Source: a virus (lineage: Duplodnaviria > Caudoviricetes). From it: DNA of 52,503 nt. The translations under genes and the position numbers were made by a program. The stretch is from the IMG/VR virus record IMGVR_UViG_3300033417_000012, positions 1 through 52,503 of that record; one strand, 5' to 3'. The notes beneath the pieces were generated by a model. It saw only the letters and a list, made by a program, of their open reading frames with translations. It searched no databases and had not been told where the DNA came from. Shown in pieces: positions 25,792 through 36,082 of this stretch; positions within the stretch are counted from its first letter, which is position 1, and each line of letters starts with the position of its first letter.

Positions 25792-26648
25792 AGGTTAGTG
25801 TTGGCATTGTCACCTACAAACGACCCGAATACCTGAACGTGTGTCTGGCTTCGCTTATGCCCTGTGTCTCTCAGATCGCCCAGGTAATCATCGCAACAAA
25901 CGACCAGGACAACGAGAGCATAAACGACGGCACAAGGCAGCTTTTGCGAGCGCTTCAGATCGCGGGTGTCAGTGTGGAGGTTTTGGTATCGAGCAACCTT
26001 GTGCACAGCAAACTTCTGATCGGCGAGGCTTCGAAAGCGGAAGTTGTTCTGATTCTGGACGATGACGCCGTTGTCGGTGAACGCTACATGGACCTTGTTC
26101 ATCATTTCGGAAGGCCCGATGTCGGCGCCGTGTCGGGTACGATACAGACACCCATTAATCCAGGTTATAAGGACTGGAGTCAGGAGCCGGTTGATTTCCC
26201 CGAAGATCTGAAGGTGTGCAACCGAATGGTTGTCGTCGATGGCGTTATTCAATGGCTCGACAAATACCAGTTTTACATGCACAAAAGTGGACCTAGCGTG
26301 ATTGGAGCCGACTTCCTGGGTGGAACCGCGCTGTTTGTTCGCAGGGAGTTGGTTCAGCTTTGGGATTTGCAATCAATACGTGAGGGAGGTGACGGCGAGT
26401 GGGTTATTGAAGGTGAAGAAATAGACTTTTGTCTATCGGTTCGAAAACTTGGTTATGGTCTGATCTATGACGCCTCTCGGATTTGCTGGCACTTGTTTGC
26501 AAGGAGCGGACGGGTTCGAGGATCAAACTACGATCAGAGAATTGAAAACTGGAATTACATCCTGGGCAAGCACGGTTTTCCTCTGATCGATCACTATCCT
26601 AGCGTATGGGAAAAGGACTTACCTCCAGAATGGCAACCGAAAAGCTGA
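25788..26648 (+). CDS. GT2-family glycosyltransferase
   Basis: VSVGIVTYKRP...LDDD...GEEIDFC. Confidence 0.85.
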   Translation: MKVSVGIVTYKRPEYLNVCLASLMPCVSQIAQVIIATNDQDNESINDGTRQLLRALQIAGVSVEVLVSSNLVHSKLLIGEASKAEVVLILDDDAVVGERYMDLVHHFGRPDVGAVSGTIQTPINPGYKDWSQEPVDFPEDLKVCNRMVVVDGVIQWLDKYQFYMHKSGPSVIGADFLGGTALFVRRELVQLWDLQSIREGGDGEWVIEGEEIDFCLSVRKLGYGLIYDASRICWHLFARSGRVRGSNYDQRIENWNYILGKHGFPLIDHYPSVWEKDLPPEWQPKS

Positions 26649-27400
26649 TTGTACTCACGTCGGGTGGTTTGGACTCGATGATCGCCCACTATTATGCGGT
26701 CAAACAAGGTTTCGAAGACATTGAGGCGCTGTGGGTGGACCTGGGACATCCCTATGCAGCCAAGGAGCGCGTTGCGATAGGGGAACTTCCCTATGAAGTG
26801 CGAATTTTGGAGTGTAAAACGCTCCAGGACGGCCTGGGTAACATGCCTACCCTGCAAGACCAGATCATTCACGGCAGAAACTTGCTTCTGGTTACGATTG
26901 CCGCTTCGGTTGGAGCGGATCGAGTGTGGTTGAGCGCGTTGGACGGTGAAATGCACGCTTTTATGCCCGACAAAACACACGAATTCTTCTATCTCGCATC
27001 TGGACTGCTGTCTTTCGTGTTCAAAACGCGCACACAAAGAATTTTGGTCGAAACGCCCTTCGAATCTATGAGCAAAACCGAAATTGTGCGCTGGGCGCTC
27101 GAAAACGGGGTCTCAAAAGAAGCGCTTTTGAAAACTTCGTCTTGCTATCACCCTGATTTCTTCAGTTGCGGAGCGTGCGGCACTTGCTTTAAGCGTTGGG
27201 TTGCGTTCCAGAACAACGGAATCGAGGATGACAGTTATTTTGTCAATCCGTGGTCTTCCGATTACGCCGAGGAGCAGATCGGCACACTGCTGGACGCCCT
27301 GAGCAGAGGGGATTTCTCGCATTACAACCTTAAGCGGATTGAAGAAACATTCGATGCTCTTGAGAGCAGGAGAAACGGTGAATCATGGCAGAGATCCTGA
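26630..27400 (+). CDS. queC: 7-cyano-7-deazaguanine synthase
   Basis: SGGLDS PP-loop, GRN, SK.EIV, SCY...CGACGTC..R. Confidence 0.9.
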   Translation: MATEKLIVLTSGGLDSMIAHYYAVKQGFEDIEALWVDLGHPYAAKERVAIGELPYEVRILECKTLQDGLGNMPTLQDQIIHGRNLLLVTIAASVGADRVWLSALDGEMHAFMPDKTHEFFYLASGLLSFVFKTRTQRILVETPFESMSKTEIVRWALENGVSKEALLKTSSCYHPDFFSCGACGTCFKRWVAFQNNGIEDDSYFVNPWSSDYAEEQIGTLLDALSRGDFSHYNLKRIEETFDALESRRNGESWQRS

Positions 27401-27849
27401 AGGGCGATAGGTTTGATCTTGTTGAATTCGATTTCATCCTTGATCGCGTGTCCTATTCGCCTGAAGTTCGTGTGGAGTGTTCCATTGGAGAAAAGGTTTT
27501 CGTTGGCGAGCTTCTCATTGAGTTTGAGGGGTGCACGACCGTATTGGAGTACATGAGTTTCGAAGGATGGTTGAGAGAGGAGGTCGAGGCAAAGCCAACA
27601 ACCATCGAAGAAGCGACTCGCATGATTTTTGATGAGGTCGTGCGGGCGCTTGGTGACATTCCGGTGCGCGTGCTGATGCGCGCGACGACCGCCGTACATG
27701 CTCCCGTGACCGTGGAGATCAAATCAAAATTATGGAGGCTTCGAGATGGACAGAAATACGATTCGCATGGTGGTTCTGCTCGTTGGTGGTTACGTCGGTC
27801 TTCAACTTATAGCGGACGTGGCAGCAACCCGTCTGGTTCAGGTCGGTAA
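27385..27849 (+). CDS. QueF-like T-fold protein
   Basis: EC..G, LE..S, IEE...IFD.V pattern; lies between queC and yhhQ; catalytic Asp not evident. Confidence 0.6.
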   Translation: MAEILKGDRFDLVEFDFILDRVSYSPEVRVECSIGEKVFVGELLIEFEGCTTVLEYMSFEGWLREEVEAKPTTIEEATRMIFDEVVRALGDIPVRVLMRATTAVHAPVTVEIKSKLWRLRDGQKYDSHGGSARWWLRRSSTYSGRGSNPSGSGR

Positions 27850-28483
27850 TTATGCAATCCCCGCAGGAACGTTCATATTCGCCCTCACCTTTACCTGGAG
27901 GGACCTTCTACACAAGCGTCTTGGAAAAGAGTGGGCTATTGCGAGCATCCTGGTCGCGGCCGCAGTCAACCTCGTCATGGCAATCTACCTGCAAGCAGTT
28001 GGATCGCTTGGAGTTCCAGCGTTTGTACCAGGGGGATTGGACGAAAGTTGGCGAGGAATCTTCGCGTTCGTTCCGGCGATCGTTGTCGGATCGATCTGCG
28101 CGGAGGTCGTTAGCGAGTGGGTTGACACGGAGGTCTATCACCGCCTTCGCGGGTTACGAGGAAAAGCACAGGGCCTCCGAGTCTTGGGGTCAAACGCGGT
28201 CTCGCTTCCCCTCGACTCCATCATCTTCGGAGGACTTGCCTTCGTCGCTCTCCCATTTCTATTCGGGGGAGAACCATTACCGCTCGCTGCTTTGCCGCCT
28301 ATTGTTATCGGTCAGGTTGCGTATAAGGCAGTCGTTACATTGGTTTCGCTCCCGCTGATCTACTTGGTTCCAGAGAGGCAAGGGATAGATCCCTTTGCTT
28401 GGAGTCAGGGAACGGCGACGGACGGGAGAGCAGAAGGAGGAGTAGCAGGGTATGGACGAATTTCCATCGGGGACGAGACTTAA
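27746..28483 (+). CDS. yhhQ: YhhQ/VUT-family preQ0/preQ1 transporter
   Basis: Multi-TM; AGTFIFALTF..RD, SE..D, R...SN.VS...DS..F. Confidence 0.85.
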   Translation: MDRNTIRMVVLLVGGYVGLQLIADVAATRLVQVGNYAIPAGTFIFALTFTWRDLLHKRLGKEWAIASILVAAAVNLVMAIYLQAVGSLGVPAFVPGGLDESWRGIFAFVPAIVVGSICAEVVSEWVDTEVYHRLRGLRGKAQGLRVLGSNAVSLPLDSIIFGGLAFVALPFLFGGEPLPLAALPPIVIGQVAYKAVVTLVSLPLIYLVPERQGIDPFAWSQGTATDGRAEGGVAGYGRISIGDET

Positions 28484-29330
28484 GCGCGGTAGGCGAGAGA
28501 TCGAGCGCAAGGATGACGGGTTCTGGTACGACGTCCAGGGGGGAAGGCCCGTTTGCGGTCGAAGAACAAAATCTTGCAGCGTGAAATCTGACGGGTGCGG
28601 TCACAGATTCCCGGCGTCCGAGTACGACGATTTATACTGCCCCGAATGTGGGCTGGATCGATTGTGCAGGAGCTTTGTAGAGGAGGCTGGACGTGCCTGC
28701 TGGTTGCATGGTGGAAGGTCGCTGAGGGGGATCGAATCAGCGACCTTTAAGCATGGTAGGTTCTCAAAGTATCTGCCCGACAACCTGTTTTCGTCTTATG
28801 TTGATTTCATGGATGACCCGCGAAAGTTGGGCCTTGATGACGAAATGGCGCTTGTCCGTGCGATGATTGGGGATCGACTGGAGGATCTGGACGGACTTGG
28901 TTCTGCAAAGACGTGGCATCAACTGAAGAAGACATACGGCAAGATGATGACGGCGCAGGAGCGCAGAGAGAAGCAGCGATTCGCACAATACCTGATTGAA
29001 ATTGGTGAGATCATCGATCACGGACACGATCAAACCAGCACAAGGCAGGAGATCGTAAAGCTGATCGATAGCGAAAGAAAGCTGATCGACACGCAGCGCC
29101 AGTTATTCATCGACATGGGCGAATTCATAACGCGTGGTATGGTTCTCCTGATTATGCGCCGGATTATGGATTCTGTTACGGAGGAAGTGCGTGAACTCGA
29201 AGGAGGACCCGAGGCAATTCAATCCGTCGCCGACACCATTAGAGGACTGGCTGGTTCATTACGTGGCGGACGGTCTTCAACAGGAAGTGTCACTATCGAC
29301 GTCGAGCAAGAACAATTGGCCGACAGATGA
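28452..29330 (+). CDS. Terminase small subunit (HGGxS-type)
   Basis: CWLHGGRS...FKHGRFSK; directly upstream of TerL. Confidence 0.7.
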   Translation: MDEFPSGTRLKRGRREIERKDDGFWYDVQGGRPVCGRRTKSCSVKSDGCGHRFPASEYDDLYCPECGLDRLCRSFVEEAGRACWLHGGRSLRGIESATFKHGRFSKYLPDNLFSSYVDFMDDPRKLGLDDEMALVRAMIGDRLEDLDGLGSAKTWHQLKKTYGKMMTAQERREKQRFAQYLIEIGEIIDHGHDQTSTRQEIVKLIDSERKLIDTQRQLFIDMGEFITRGMVLLIMRRIMDSVTEEVRELEGGPEAIQSVADTIRGLAGSLRGGRSSTGSVTIDVEQEQLADR

Positions 29331-30714
29331 CAACGGTTGGATTGTAAAGCCCGACGGTAAGCACTACAAACCGACTCCTGGGCAGAATGGTTTTCATGAA
29401 GATCCTGCTGCGATACGGCTGCTGATCGGTGGTCGTGGAGCGGGAAAAACAACCGCTGGAGTGCAGGAGGCGAGTAAAAAGATCGAGCAGGGCCAACCTG
29501 GACTGATCCTTGCTCCAGACAACGGGCATTTCAAAAAATCGACGTGGGTCCAGCTTAACGAATGGATTCCTATCGATCCTGAATTGACTGGCCTGCCTCA
29601 ATCCCCCTTGGTGGAATACTGGTCCAAGGGGGATAAGGTTATCCGCTTCACGACCGGGGCGACTGTTTGGTACGGTGGAATTAAAGACCCCGATGGGTGG
29701 CGCGGTCCGAATGTAAACTGGATCTGGTACGACGAACCTGGACGCCACCCGATGAAGACGAGCTTCCTGATCCCCATCGGTTCGTTGCGTGTGGGCCAGG
29801 ATGTTCGTATGTGGTTGACGACGACGCCACGCGGCGTGATGCACTGGCTCTATCCGATCTTCGTCAAGAAGGACATCGGGGATGACGTTCTCAAAGCGCT
29901 GGAAGCCGCGGGGTTCCCGCCCGATCCGAATTTGCTCTTTTCCTGGGTCAGAACATCGACATACGACAACCGAGAGAACCTGAACCCGCTGTACTTCGCC
30001 ATGCTGCTTGCGAGTTATCACGGCAGGTGGAGAGAGCAGGAGCTTGAGGGCAGATTTGTGTCCTTCGAGGGTCTGGTGTATGACGTCTTCGATCCTGAGG
30101 TTCACATTGTTGATCGCTCTCAGGTTCGAATGGAACCCTGGTGGCCTCGCTGGCGCGTGATCGACTTTGGGTATAAGAATCCATTCGTTTGCCAGTGGTG
30201 GACGCGTGATCCAGAAGGCCGATACATCATGTATCGAGAGATTTACATGACCGAGCGGACGGTAGCAACTCACGCACAGCAGATCAACGCGCTCTCTCAC
30301 GGCGAAAACATCATACAGACGATTTGCGACCACGACGCCGAAGATCGTGCTACTCTTGAGGAGAACGGCATCGACACAACACCGGCCGTCAAAGCAATTT
30401 CTACCGGAGTACAAAGCGTATCTCGCATGTTGTCGCACAACGACGACAAGCGTCCAGATCTATACTTTGTTCGCGATGCGCTGATCGAGAAGGATCCGAT
30501 GCTTGTCGCGAAGGAAGAACCGATCAGTACGATTGAGGAATTTTCCCGATACTCGTGGCCCCAAGATTCTACAGGAAGGCCGCGCAAGGAGGTTCCGCTT
30601 GATTTATACAATCACGGCATGGACAGCGTTAGATACATGGTTCAAACCCTGGAGGGAGGCTTTATGGACGGCATCGAGATTGGTAAAAATTTCTTGCTCA
30701 ATTACCGAGGGTGA
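29191..30714 (+). CDS. terL: Terminase large subunit (start uncertain)
   Basis: Walker A GGRGAGKT, WYDE, TTTP, IDFG, HGMDS.RY. Confidence 0.95.
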   Translation: MNSKEDPRQFNPSPTPLEDWLVHYVADGLQQEVSLSTSSKNNWPTDDNGWIVKPDGKHYKPTPGQNGFHEDPAAIRLLIGGRGAGKTTAGVQEASKKIEQGQPGLILAPDNGHFKKSTWVQLNEWIPIDPELTGLPQSPLVEYWSKGDKVIRFTTGATVWYGGIKDPDGWRGPNVNWIWYDEPGRHPMKTSFLIPIGSLRVGQDVRMWLTTTPRGVMHWLYPIFVKKDIGDDVLKALEAAGFPPDPNLLFSWVRTSTYDNRENLNPLYFAMLLASYHGRWREQELEGRFVSFEGLVYDVFDPEVHIVDRSQVRMEPWWPRWRVIDFGYKNPFVCQWWTRDPEGRYIMYREIYMTERTVATHAQQINALSHGENIIQTICDHDAEDRATLEENGIDTTPAVKAISTGVQSVSRMLSHNDDKRPDLYFVRDALIEKDPMLVAKEEPISTIEEFSRYSWPQDSTGRPRKEVPLDLYNHGMDSVRYMVQTLEGGFMDGIEIGKNFLLNYRG

Positions 30715-30717
30715 GCC

Positions 30718-32316
30718 ATGAACAATGACTTTGGACTTTTCACGCGGCTCGTTTCTGGCTTTCGTGCATTTCGCGAGGAGTTTTTGTCGTCATCCTTGCA
30801 AGAGGAGCGCGCCTTAAATGACTTCGAGGATTGGGAGGCCAGAAAGCTCAGGTATGAGATATTCTGGGCGCTCTACGAAAACTCGATCTATCGCAGGGTG
30901 CACAAATGGTCAAACAAGTACAAGGCAGACTACGCCCTCTATCGCTTCATCAGGAACATTTACAACCCTGCCTATCGGATTGGAGAATTCTGGAAGACGC
31001 ACCTTATGGGCGGGATCATCGATCCGTCCGCTGGTGACGGAAAGGGCACTCACACGGCTCTCCCCGTCGTCATTCCCGACTCCAACCAAGGCAACGAGCA
31101 AAGACTTAGAGAGGCACTTACGAAGATCTGGAAGTGGTCGAATCTACAGATCATGAAGGATCAGCTTACTCTTTACGGCGCTGTGATGGGTGATGTTTTT
31201 ATCGAGGTCATATCGACGGAAGACCGAGTCTACCTGGACGCCGTTCATCCAGGTAAGTTTCCAGAAGTTGAGTTTGATGATCGCGGAAATATCAAGGGGT
31301 ACATCCGATTCGAAGATCGATTTCATCCCGAAAATGAAAATCAAAAAGTTACCTACACGGAAAAGTGCACAAACGACAACGGTGTGATCGTTTACGAAAC
31401 GCGTCTGAATGGTGAGCCTTACGCATGGGATGATGAGTTGGGTGCAACCTGGACGGTAGATTGGGGTTTTGTGCCGCTTGTTATGGTGAAGCACAACGAT
31501 GTTGGAAAATCGTTTGGCTGGTCAGAGTTTCATCCAGGGCGCATAAAATTCATGGAGGCAGATGACCTCGCGTCCAAGACCCACGATCACATTCGCAAGA
31601 ACGTTGATCCCGCGTGGTTCATGTCTGGCGTCACCAAGAGCAGCGTGAGCGCCGATCTTCGAAAGGCTTCTCAGGAACCGGACCAGGATGATGTTGCACC
31701 GGATCGAGAGAGCCTTCCAATCATTTACGCTTCCAATCCACAGGCAAGGGCGATGGCAATGGTAGCCAACCTCGATCTTGAAGCCGCGCTGAAGGCCATA
31801 TCAGAGCTTCTTGATGAGCTTGAGCGCGACTATCCCGAACTGAGAATGGATGAGCAGATCGCCGTTCAGAGCAACTCAAGTCGAGCGATCAGGGTCGCAA
31901 GACAGCGCAGTGAAGCCAAGGTTGTGCAGCGAAGACCAAACTACGACAATGCACTTGTTCGTGCGCAGCAAATGGCGATTACTATCGGCGGGATGAATGG
32001 TTTCTTCAGCGGGTTTGGTATTGACTCTTTCAGCAGCGGTCAGCTTGAGCACTACATAGGCAATCGTCCCGTTTACGGGACCGACCCCCTTGATGAGCTT
32101 GAGATCGAGGAGAAATTCTGGACCGTCGCCGCACTTGCTGCGCCCCTGGTTGGTCTCGAATTTTTCCTAAACCAGCACGATTGGGACAAGAAAGATGTGG
32201 TAGAAGCTGTGGCTGCATACGAGAGACTGAAACAGGAAAACAGGGATGCGATGCAGAGCAATCGCCCAGACCAGGACTTGACAAGAAGGCCGGAATTCAC
32301 TAACAATGATCGATAA
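30718..32316 (+). CDS. Portal protein
   Basis: Size and position after TerL; GFVPLV motif. Confidence 0.8.
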   Translation: MNNDFGLFTRLVSGFRAFREEFLSSSLQEERALNDFEDWEARKLRYEIFWALYENSIYRRVHKWSNKYKADYALYRFIRNIYNPAYRIGEFWKTHLMGGIIDPSAGDGKGTHTALPVVIPDSNQGNEQRLREALTKIWKWSNLQIMKDQLTLYGAVMGDVFIEVISTEDRVYLDAVHPGKFPEVEFDDRGNIKGYIRFEDRFHPENENQKVTYTEKCTNDNGVIVYETRLNGEPYAWDDELGATWTVDWGFVPLVMVKHNDVGKSFGWSEFHPGRIKFMEADDLASKTHDHIRKNVDPAWFMSGVTKSSVSADLRKASQEPDQDDVAPDRESLPIIYASNPQARAMAMVANLDLEAALKAISELLDELERDYPELRMDEQIAVQSNSSRAIRVARQRSEAKVVQRRPNYDNALVRAQQMAITIGGMNGFFSGFGIDSFSSGQLEHYIGNRPVYGTDPLDELEIEEKFWTVAALAAPLVGLEFFLNQHDWDKKDVVEAVAAYERLKQENRDAMQSNRPDQDLTRRPEFTNNDR

Positions 32317-32325
32317 CGGGAGGAA

Positions 32326-33003
32326 ATGATGTTCGAGAACTTTCTGTTTTCTATCTTCTTTGCACCGGATGACCCGCCGAGTGGTGGGCAACTCGACGAC
32401 GAAGAAGAAAAGGATGAACCTCAAGATGAGGCCCTCGAAGACGAGGCCGATCCAGAAGAAGACGAGGGAGAAGACGAAGGTGAGGATTGGGATCACGCGC
32501 GCGGTATGTCAACAATCCGCAAGCTGCGGAAAGAGGTCAAGGACAAAAGCAAGCGTGAAAAGCAACTCGAAGCGGAGCTAAGTGATTTCAGAAAAGAAAG
32601 ACAGCGCCGCGAAGACGAGGAAAAATCCGAACTCCAGTTGGCGCAGGAAAAGGCCGAGGCCCTTGAGCGAGACAAACAAGAGCTTGAGGACAGACTCCGA
32701 ACCAACGCGATCAAATCCTCCATTGAACGGGAGGCGCGGGACCTTGGTTTTGTTGACGCCGAGGACGCCTACCACCTTATCGTCGCCAGAGATTCCGAGT
32801 TGGAACTTGACGAAGACAAGGGCACAGTCAAGGGTGCAAAGAAGCTCTTGAAAGATCTGGCGGACGAAAAACCATATCTACTCGAAAACGAAGATCAGGG
32901 GAAGAACAGAACGCCTATTAGAGGTCGAAAACCTGTTCCAGCCGAGAGGTTGAATCAGGGCGATCCGAAAGAGGCGCAGCTGGTTGTCCCCGTTGACTTC
33001 TAG
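32326..33003 (+). CDS. Capsid scaffolding protein
   Basis: Acidic N-terminus, coiled coil, KPYL motif. Confidence 0.8.
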   Translation: MMFENFLFSIFFAPDDPPSGGQLDDEEEKDEPQDEALEDEADPEEDEGEDEGEDWDHARGMSTIRKLRKEVKDKSKREKQLEAELSDFRKERQRREDEEKSELQLAQEKAEALERDKQELEDRLRTNAIKSSIEREARDLGFVDAEDAYHLIVARDSELELDEDKGTVKGAKKLLKDLADEKPYLLENEDQGKNRTPIRGRKPVPAERLNQGDPKEAQLVVPVDF

Positions 33004-33014
33004 GGAGAACAAAC

Positions 33015-33422
33015 ATGACTGTCATTACGCGAACTAAGGCGCAGGTCAGTCCAGTCTTCCAACAGCAGGCCGAGATCTTGGACATCATCGCTTCGGTTGC
33101 GGTAGAGGCCGGTGAGGCCGTTACTATCGGGACCGATGGTCAGCTTGATCTTGCAATTGGCAACACGGGCGGTAACGCTGCTTCGTGTCGCGGTATTGCT
33201 TTGCAGGATGGGGCGATCGGTGATGTTGTGCCGGTTCTGAAACGTGGTGGACTGGAAGGATTTGCGGTAAGCGCACTGGACGCTGATGCCCCTGTTTTTG
33301 TTTCCGCAACAGCCGGTGAACTCGACGACTCTGCGGCCGCAGTTTCTAAACAGGTTGGCGTCGTTTATCAACTGACGAACGGGGATAAGATCATCTACAT
33401 CGACGTCCCCTGGAATAACTAA
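33015..33422 (+). CDS. Capsid decoration/cement protein
   Basis: Small beta-rich protein between scaffold and MCP. Confidence 0.6.
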   Translation: MTVITRTKAQVSPVFQQQAEILDIIASVAVEAGEAVTIGTDGQLDLAIGNTGGNAASCRGIALQDGAIGDVVPVLKRGGLEGFAVSALDADAPVFVSATAGELDDSAAAVSKQVGVVYQLTNGDKIIYIDVPWNN

Positions 33423-33439
33423 CGCGGGAGGAATCTATA

Positions 33440-34516
33440 ATGTCTGGCCTATATGGTCTTCTGAACGTAGGCGATTCCGAACGCGTTTTCGTGAACACGT
33501 TGGGTCAAGACGTTGTTTACGACGCTATCGGAATGCTTGTTTCTCGCCACAATCAGGAGGTTGCAGCCGCAATCTCCACTTTCGTCGAGGAAACAACCGA
33601 GAATTTCAAAGAGCGCTACAAGCTGCCTGGAGGCGGTCGGATGCAGAGAGTGTCCGATCTTGCTGCACCGGCAGAAGTGCGCGCTTACGGTGGTTGGGAT
33701 GTCGCGTATCCCCTTGAGGGCTACGGGGACGCGGTTGGTGGTTCTCGCATTCGCATGGCCTACATGACCGTGCGCGATTTGCAGCGCCACATCGATACCG
33801 TAATGATCCGCAACACCAACACCGTCCGCTTCGAGATCCTGCGGCGCCTTTTCAACAACACGCAGAGAACGTTCGTCGATGATGACCACGGTTCTCTAGC
33901 GGTTGAATCACTTGCCAATGGTGACACCATCGTGTATCCACCCGTGATTGGCTCGGAGAGTGAAGCGACCGAGAATCACTACTATCACACCGGATACGCA
34001 GCCACGGGGATTTCGGACACCAACAACCCGTATTCGACCATCGTTGCGGAGTTGGAGGAGCACTTTGGTAAACCCCTTGGTGGTTCCAATATCGTCACTT
34101 TCATCAATGTTGCCGAGCAGCCCGAAACTGAGGCTCTAACAGACTTTGTTCAGGTCCCTGACAACTTCGTGCGCCCTAGCGCCCTGACTGCGACCCCGAC
34201 CGGACTGCCGACGAATATCCCCGGCAGAATCATCGGGCGCGTTAGCGGTGCTTGGGTCAGCGTTTGGGACTGGATCCCCGCAAGCTATATCCTCGGTATT
34301 CACCTTGGGGCAGGGCGACCCCTGAAGATGCGCGTTGATCCGGCTTTCACCGGACTGCCGCGCGGGTTGGCCCTGGTCGCTCGTGAGGAAAAGTATCCGC
34401 TGGAAACCGCTTATTGGGAGCACCGCTTCGGCATTGGTGTTGGAAACCGGCTCAACGGTGTGTTTCTGGAGTTTGACGACTCGACCTGGGACATTCCGAC
34501 CGGCTACACCTACTGA
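33440..34516 (+). CDS. Major capsid protein
   Basis: 358 aa, position, strong RBS. Confidence 0.8.
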   Translation: MSGLYGLLNVGDSERVFVNTLGQDVVYDAIGMLVSRHNQEVAAAISTFVEETTENFKERYKLPGGGRMQRVSDLAAPAEVRAYGGWDVAYPLEGYGDAVGGSRIRMAYMTVRDLQRHIDTVMIRNTNTVRFEILRRLFNNTQRTFVDDDHGSLAVESLANGDTIVYPPVIGSESEATENHYYHTGYAATGISDTNNPYSTIVAELEEHFGKPLGGSNIVTFINVAEQPETEALTDFVQVPDNFVRPSALTATPTGLPTNIPGRIIGRVSGAWVSVWDWIPASYILGIHLGAGRPLKMRVDPAFTGLPRGLALVAREEKYPLETAYWEHRFGIGVGNRLNGVFLEFDDSTWDIPTGYTY

Positions 34517-34527
34517 GGAGGGTAACA

Positions 34528-34839
34528 ATGGCGACTAGCACAGCGTTACTCAAGCGGCTCGAGCAAAGACTTGCTCTCATTGAGCGGTATGTGATTCGTC
34601 TCGCCGACGATGCGGGTATTGATGTCTCGGAGAGCGATCTCAGCCGGAACCTTCCGGCTGCGCCATCGCGTCACGAGTTGAAATATCCGTCTGGTCCTTC
34701 CAAGAGCGAGGGTTTTGACGCCACGGACAGCGCCCGTGAGCTTGCGAGCGAGGCGGGTCTGGACCTTTCCTCGGTGCAGGGCACAGGCGCAGATGGGCGA
34801 ATCACAAAGGGTGACGTAGAGAAAGCGCTACAGGAGTAA
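34528..34839 (+). CDS. Small protein with E3-binding (PSBD) domain
   Basis: ATDSARELASEAGLDLSSVQGTGADGRITKGDV. Confidence 0.8.
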   Translation: MATSTALLKRLEQRLALIERYVIRLADDAGIDVSESDLSRNLPAAPSRHELKYPSGPSKSEGFDATDSARELASEAGLDLSSVQGTGADGRITKGDVEKALQE

Positions 34840-34872
34840 GCGAGTAGCTTACTATCAACCGGAGGCGCTTCT

Positions 34873-35331
34873 ATGACGATCACCCGCGCAAAGGCTGAAA
34901 CGATTCTCATTGAGCGGGTCGGTGCGCTCATGGTTGCTGCTGGATTCGATGGGGACACCCATGACGGCAGCAATCAAAACCTCAACGACCCGCTCTTGTA
35001 CGCCCTTTGGAAGACAGGAAGCACATCTGTTGAGAACGTCATCGGCGTAACCGATGATGATCTCGACGCGCTTGCAGCGGCTGACTACGCGAAGTTTTTC
35101 GACCTAGCAGAGCTTCGTCTTCTGATGAACATTCGCGGAAACCTTTCCGACGTCGATATTACTGTTGGACCCCGACGTGAAATGTTGAGTCAGAGGGCGC
35201 GTCTTCTCGACGACATGATAAAGCGCAAGCAAATGAGCGTTGAGCAGGAGTACGGAATCGGTTCAAGCGAGCTTCAGATAGGACAAATCAACCTGAACTT
35301 CCAGGCCAAAAATGATGATGTGATCGTGTGA
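34873..35331 (+). CDS. Head-tail adaptor
   Basis: Position and size. Confidence 0.55.
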   Translation: MTITRAKAETILIERVGALMVAAGFDGDTHDGSNQNLNDPLLYALWKTGSTSVENVIGVTDDDLDALAAADYAKFFDLAELRLLMNIRGNLSDVDITVGPRREMLSQRARLLDDMIKRKQMSVEQEYGIGSSELQIGQINLNFQAKNDDVIV

Positions 35332-35690
35332 TGATGATGGCACAAACACCTTCATTCTCAAAGATGGCGACCAGCACCATGACGACGACCAGGACACCAG
35401 CGGTGTCCGGTGGCAAGCATGGGCCTCCAGAGGCTCACCTTACAACGGGAGTCCCATGCTTGCCCGTAATGCCCGTCGTTGAGCAGGTTGCCGCGGCGCT
35501 TCAAATCAACACACCGTTCGAGGTTATGGAAACCTACGTTGATGATGATATAGATGTCGAGGAGGGGGATTACGCCACAATCGATGGCCTGGAATACGAG
35601 GTCTTTGCTGTTGGTGACTGGCCCTGGGTTTCTCAGCAAACCATCGCCTTCAAGCATCTGATCTTGAGACAGGTAAAGGGTAGGGCCTGA
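35328..35690 (+). CDS. Head closure protein
   Basis: DVEEGD..IDG.EYEV pattern; position. Confidence 0.55.
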   Translation: MMMMAQTPSFSKMATSTMTTTRTPAVSGGKHGPPEAHLTTGVPCLPVMPVVEQVAAALQINTPFEVMETYVDDDIDVEEGDYATIDGLEYEVFAVGDWPWVSQQTIAFKHLILRQVKGRA

Positions 35691-36082
35691 TGCCTATCAA
35701 GGTTTACATGGAAGGTCAGAGACAAGCCATCGAAGCCGTCAATAAAGCGATTCGCGCTGGACGGTCTGGTGACGGACTTTTCCTGCTCGTGGATTTGGTG
35801 ACTGCAAGGGCAGAGACCTATGCCTCTCGAATCGCACCGTACAGGACAGGCACGTTGCGCAGTGCGCACAGATCGCACATGGTTAGCGGTGTGGCCGGTG
35901 AAGTGTATATCGACCCGACGGTTAGAAACCTTATTTTGGGTGGGTTTCCCGTCGCTTATGGTCCAATGGTGCACGCAATGGGCTTCCCTAGAAACTGGAT
36001 GGAGAGAACCACGATTGAAGGCAGAAATGAAGTGATCGGTAAAGCTGCATCGTTCTGGTCGCAGGAGTTTCTAGGTCTATGA
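35690..36082 (+). CDS. HK97 gp10-like neck protein
   Basis: APYRTGTLRS motif. Confidence 0.65.
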   Translation: MPIKVYMEGQRQAIEAVNKAIRAGRSGDGLFLLVDLVTARAETYASRIAPYRTGTLRSAHRSHMVSGVAGEVYIDPTVRNLILGGFPVAYGPMVHAMGFPRNWMERTTIEGRNEVIGKAASFWSQEFLGL

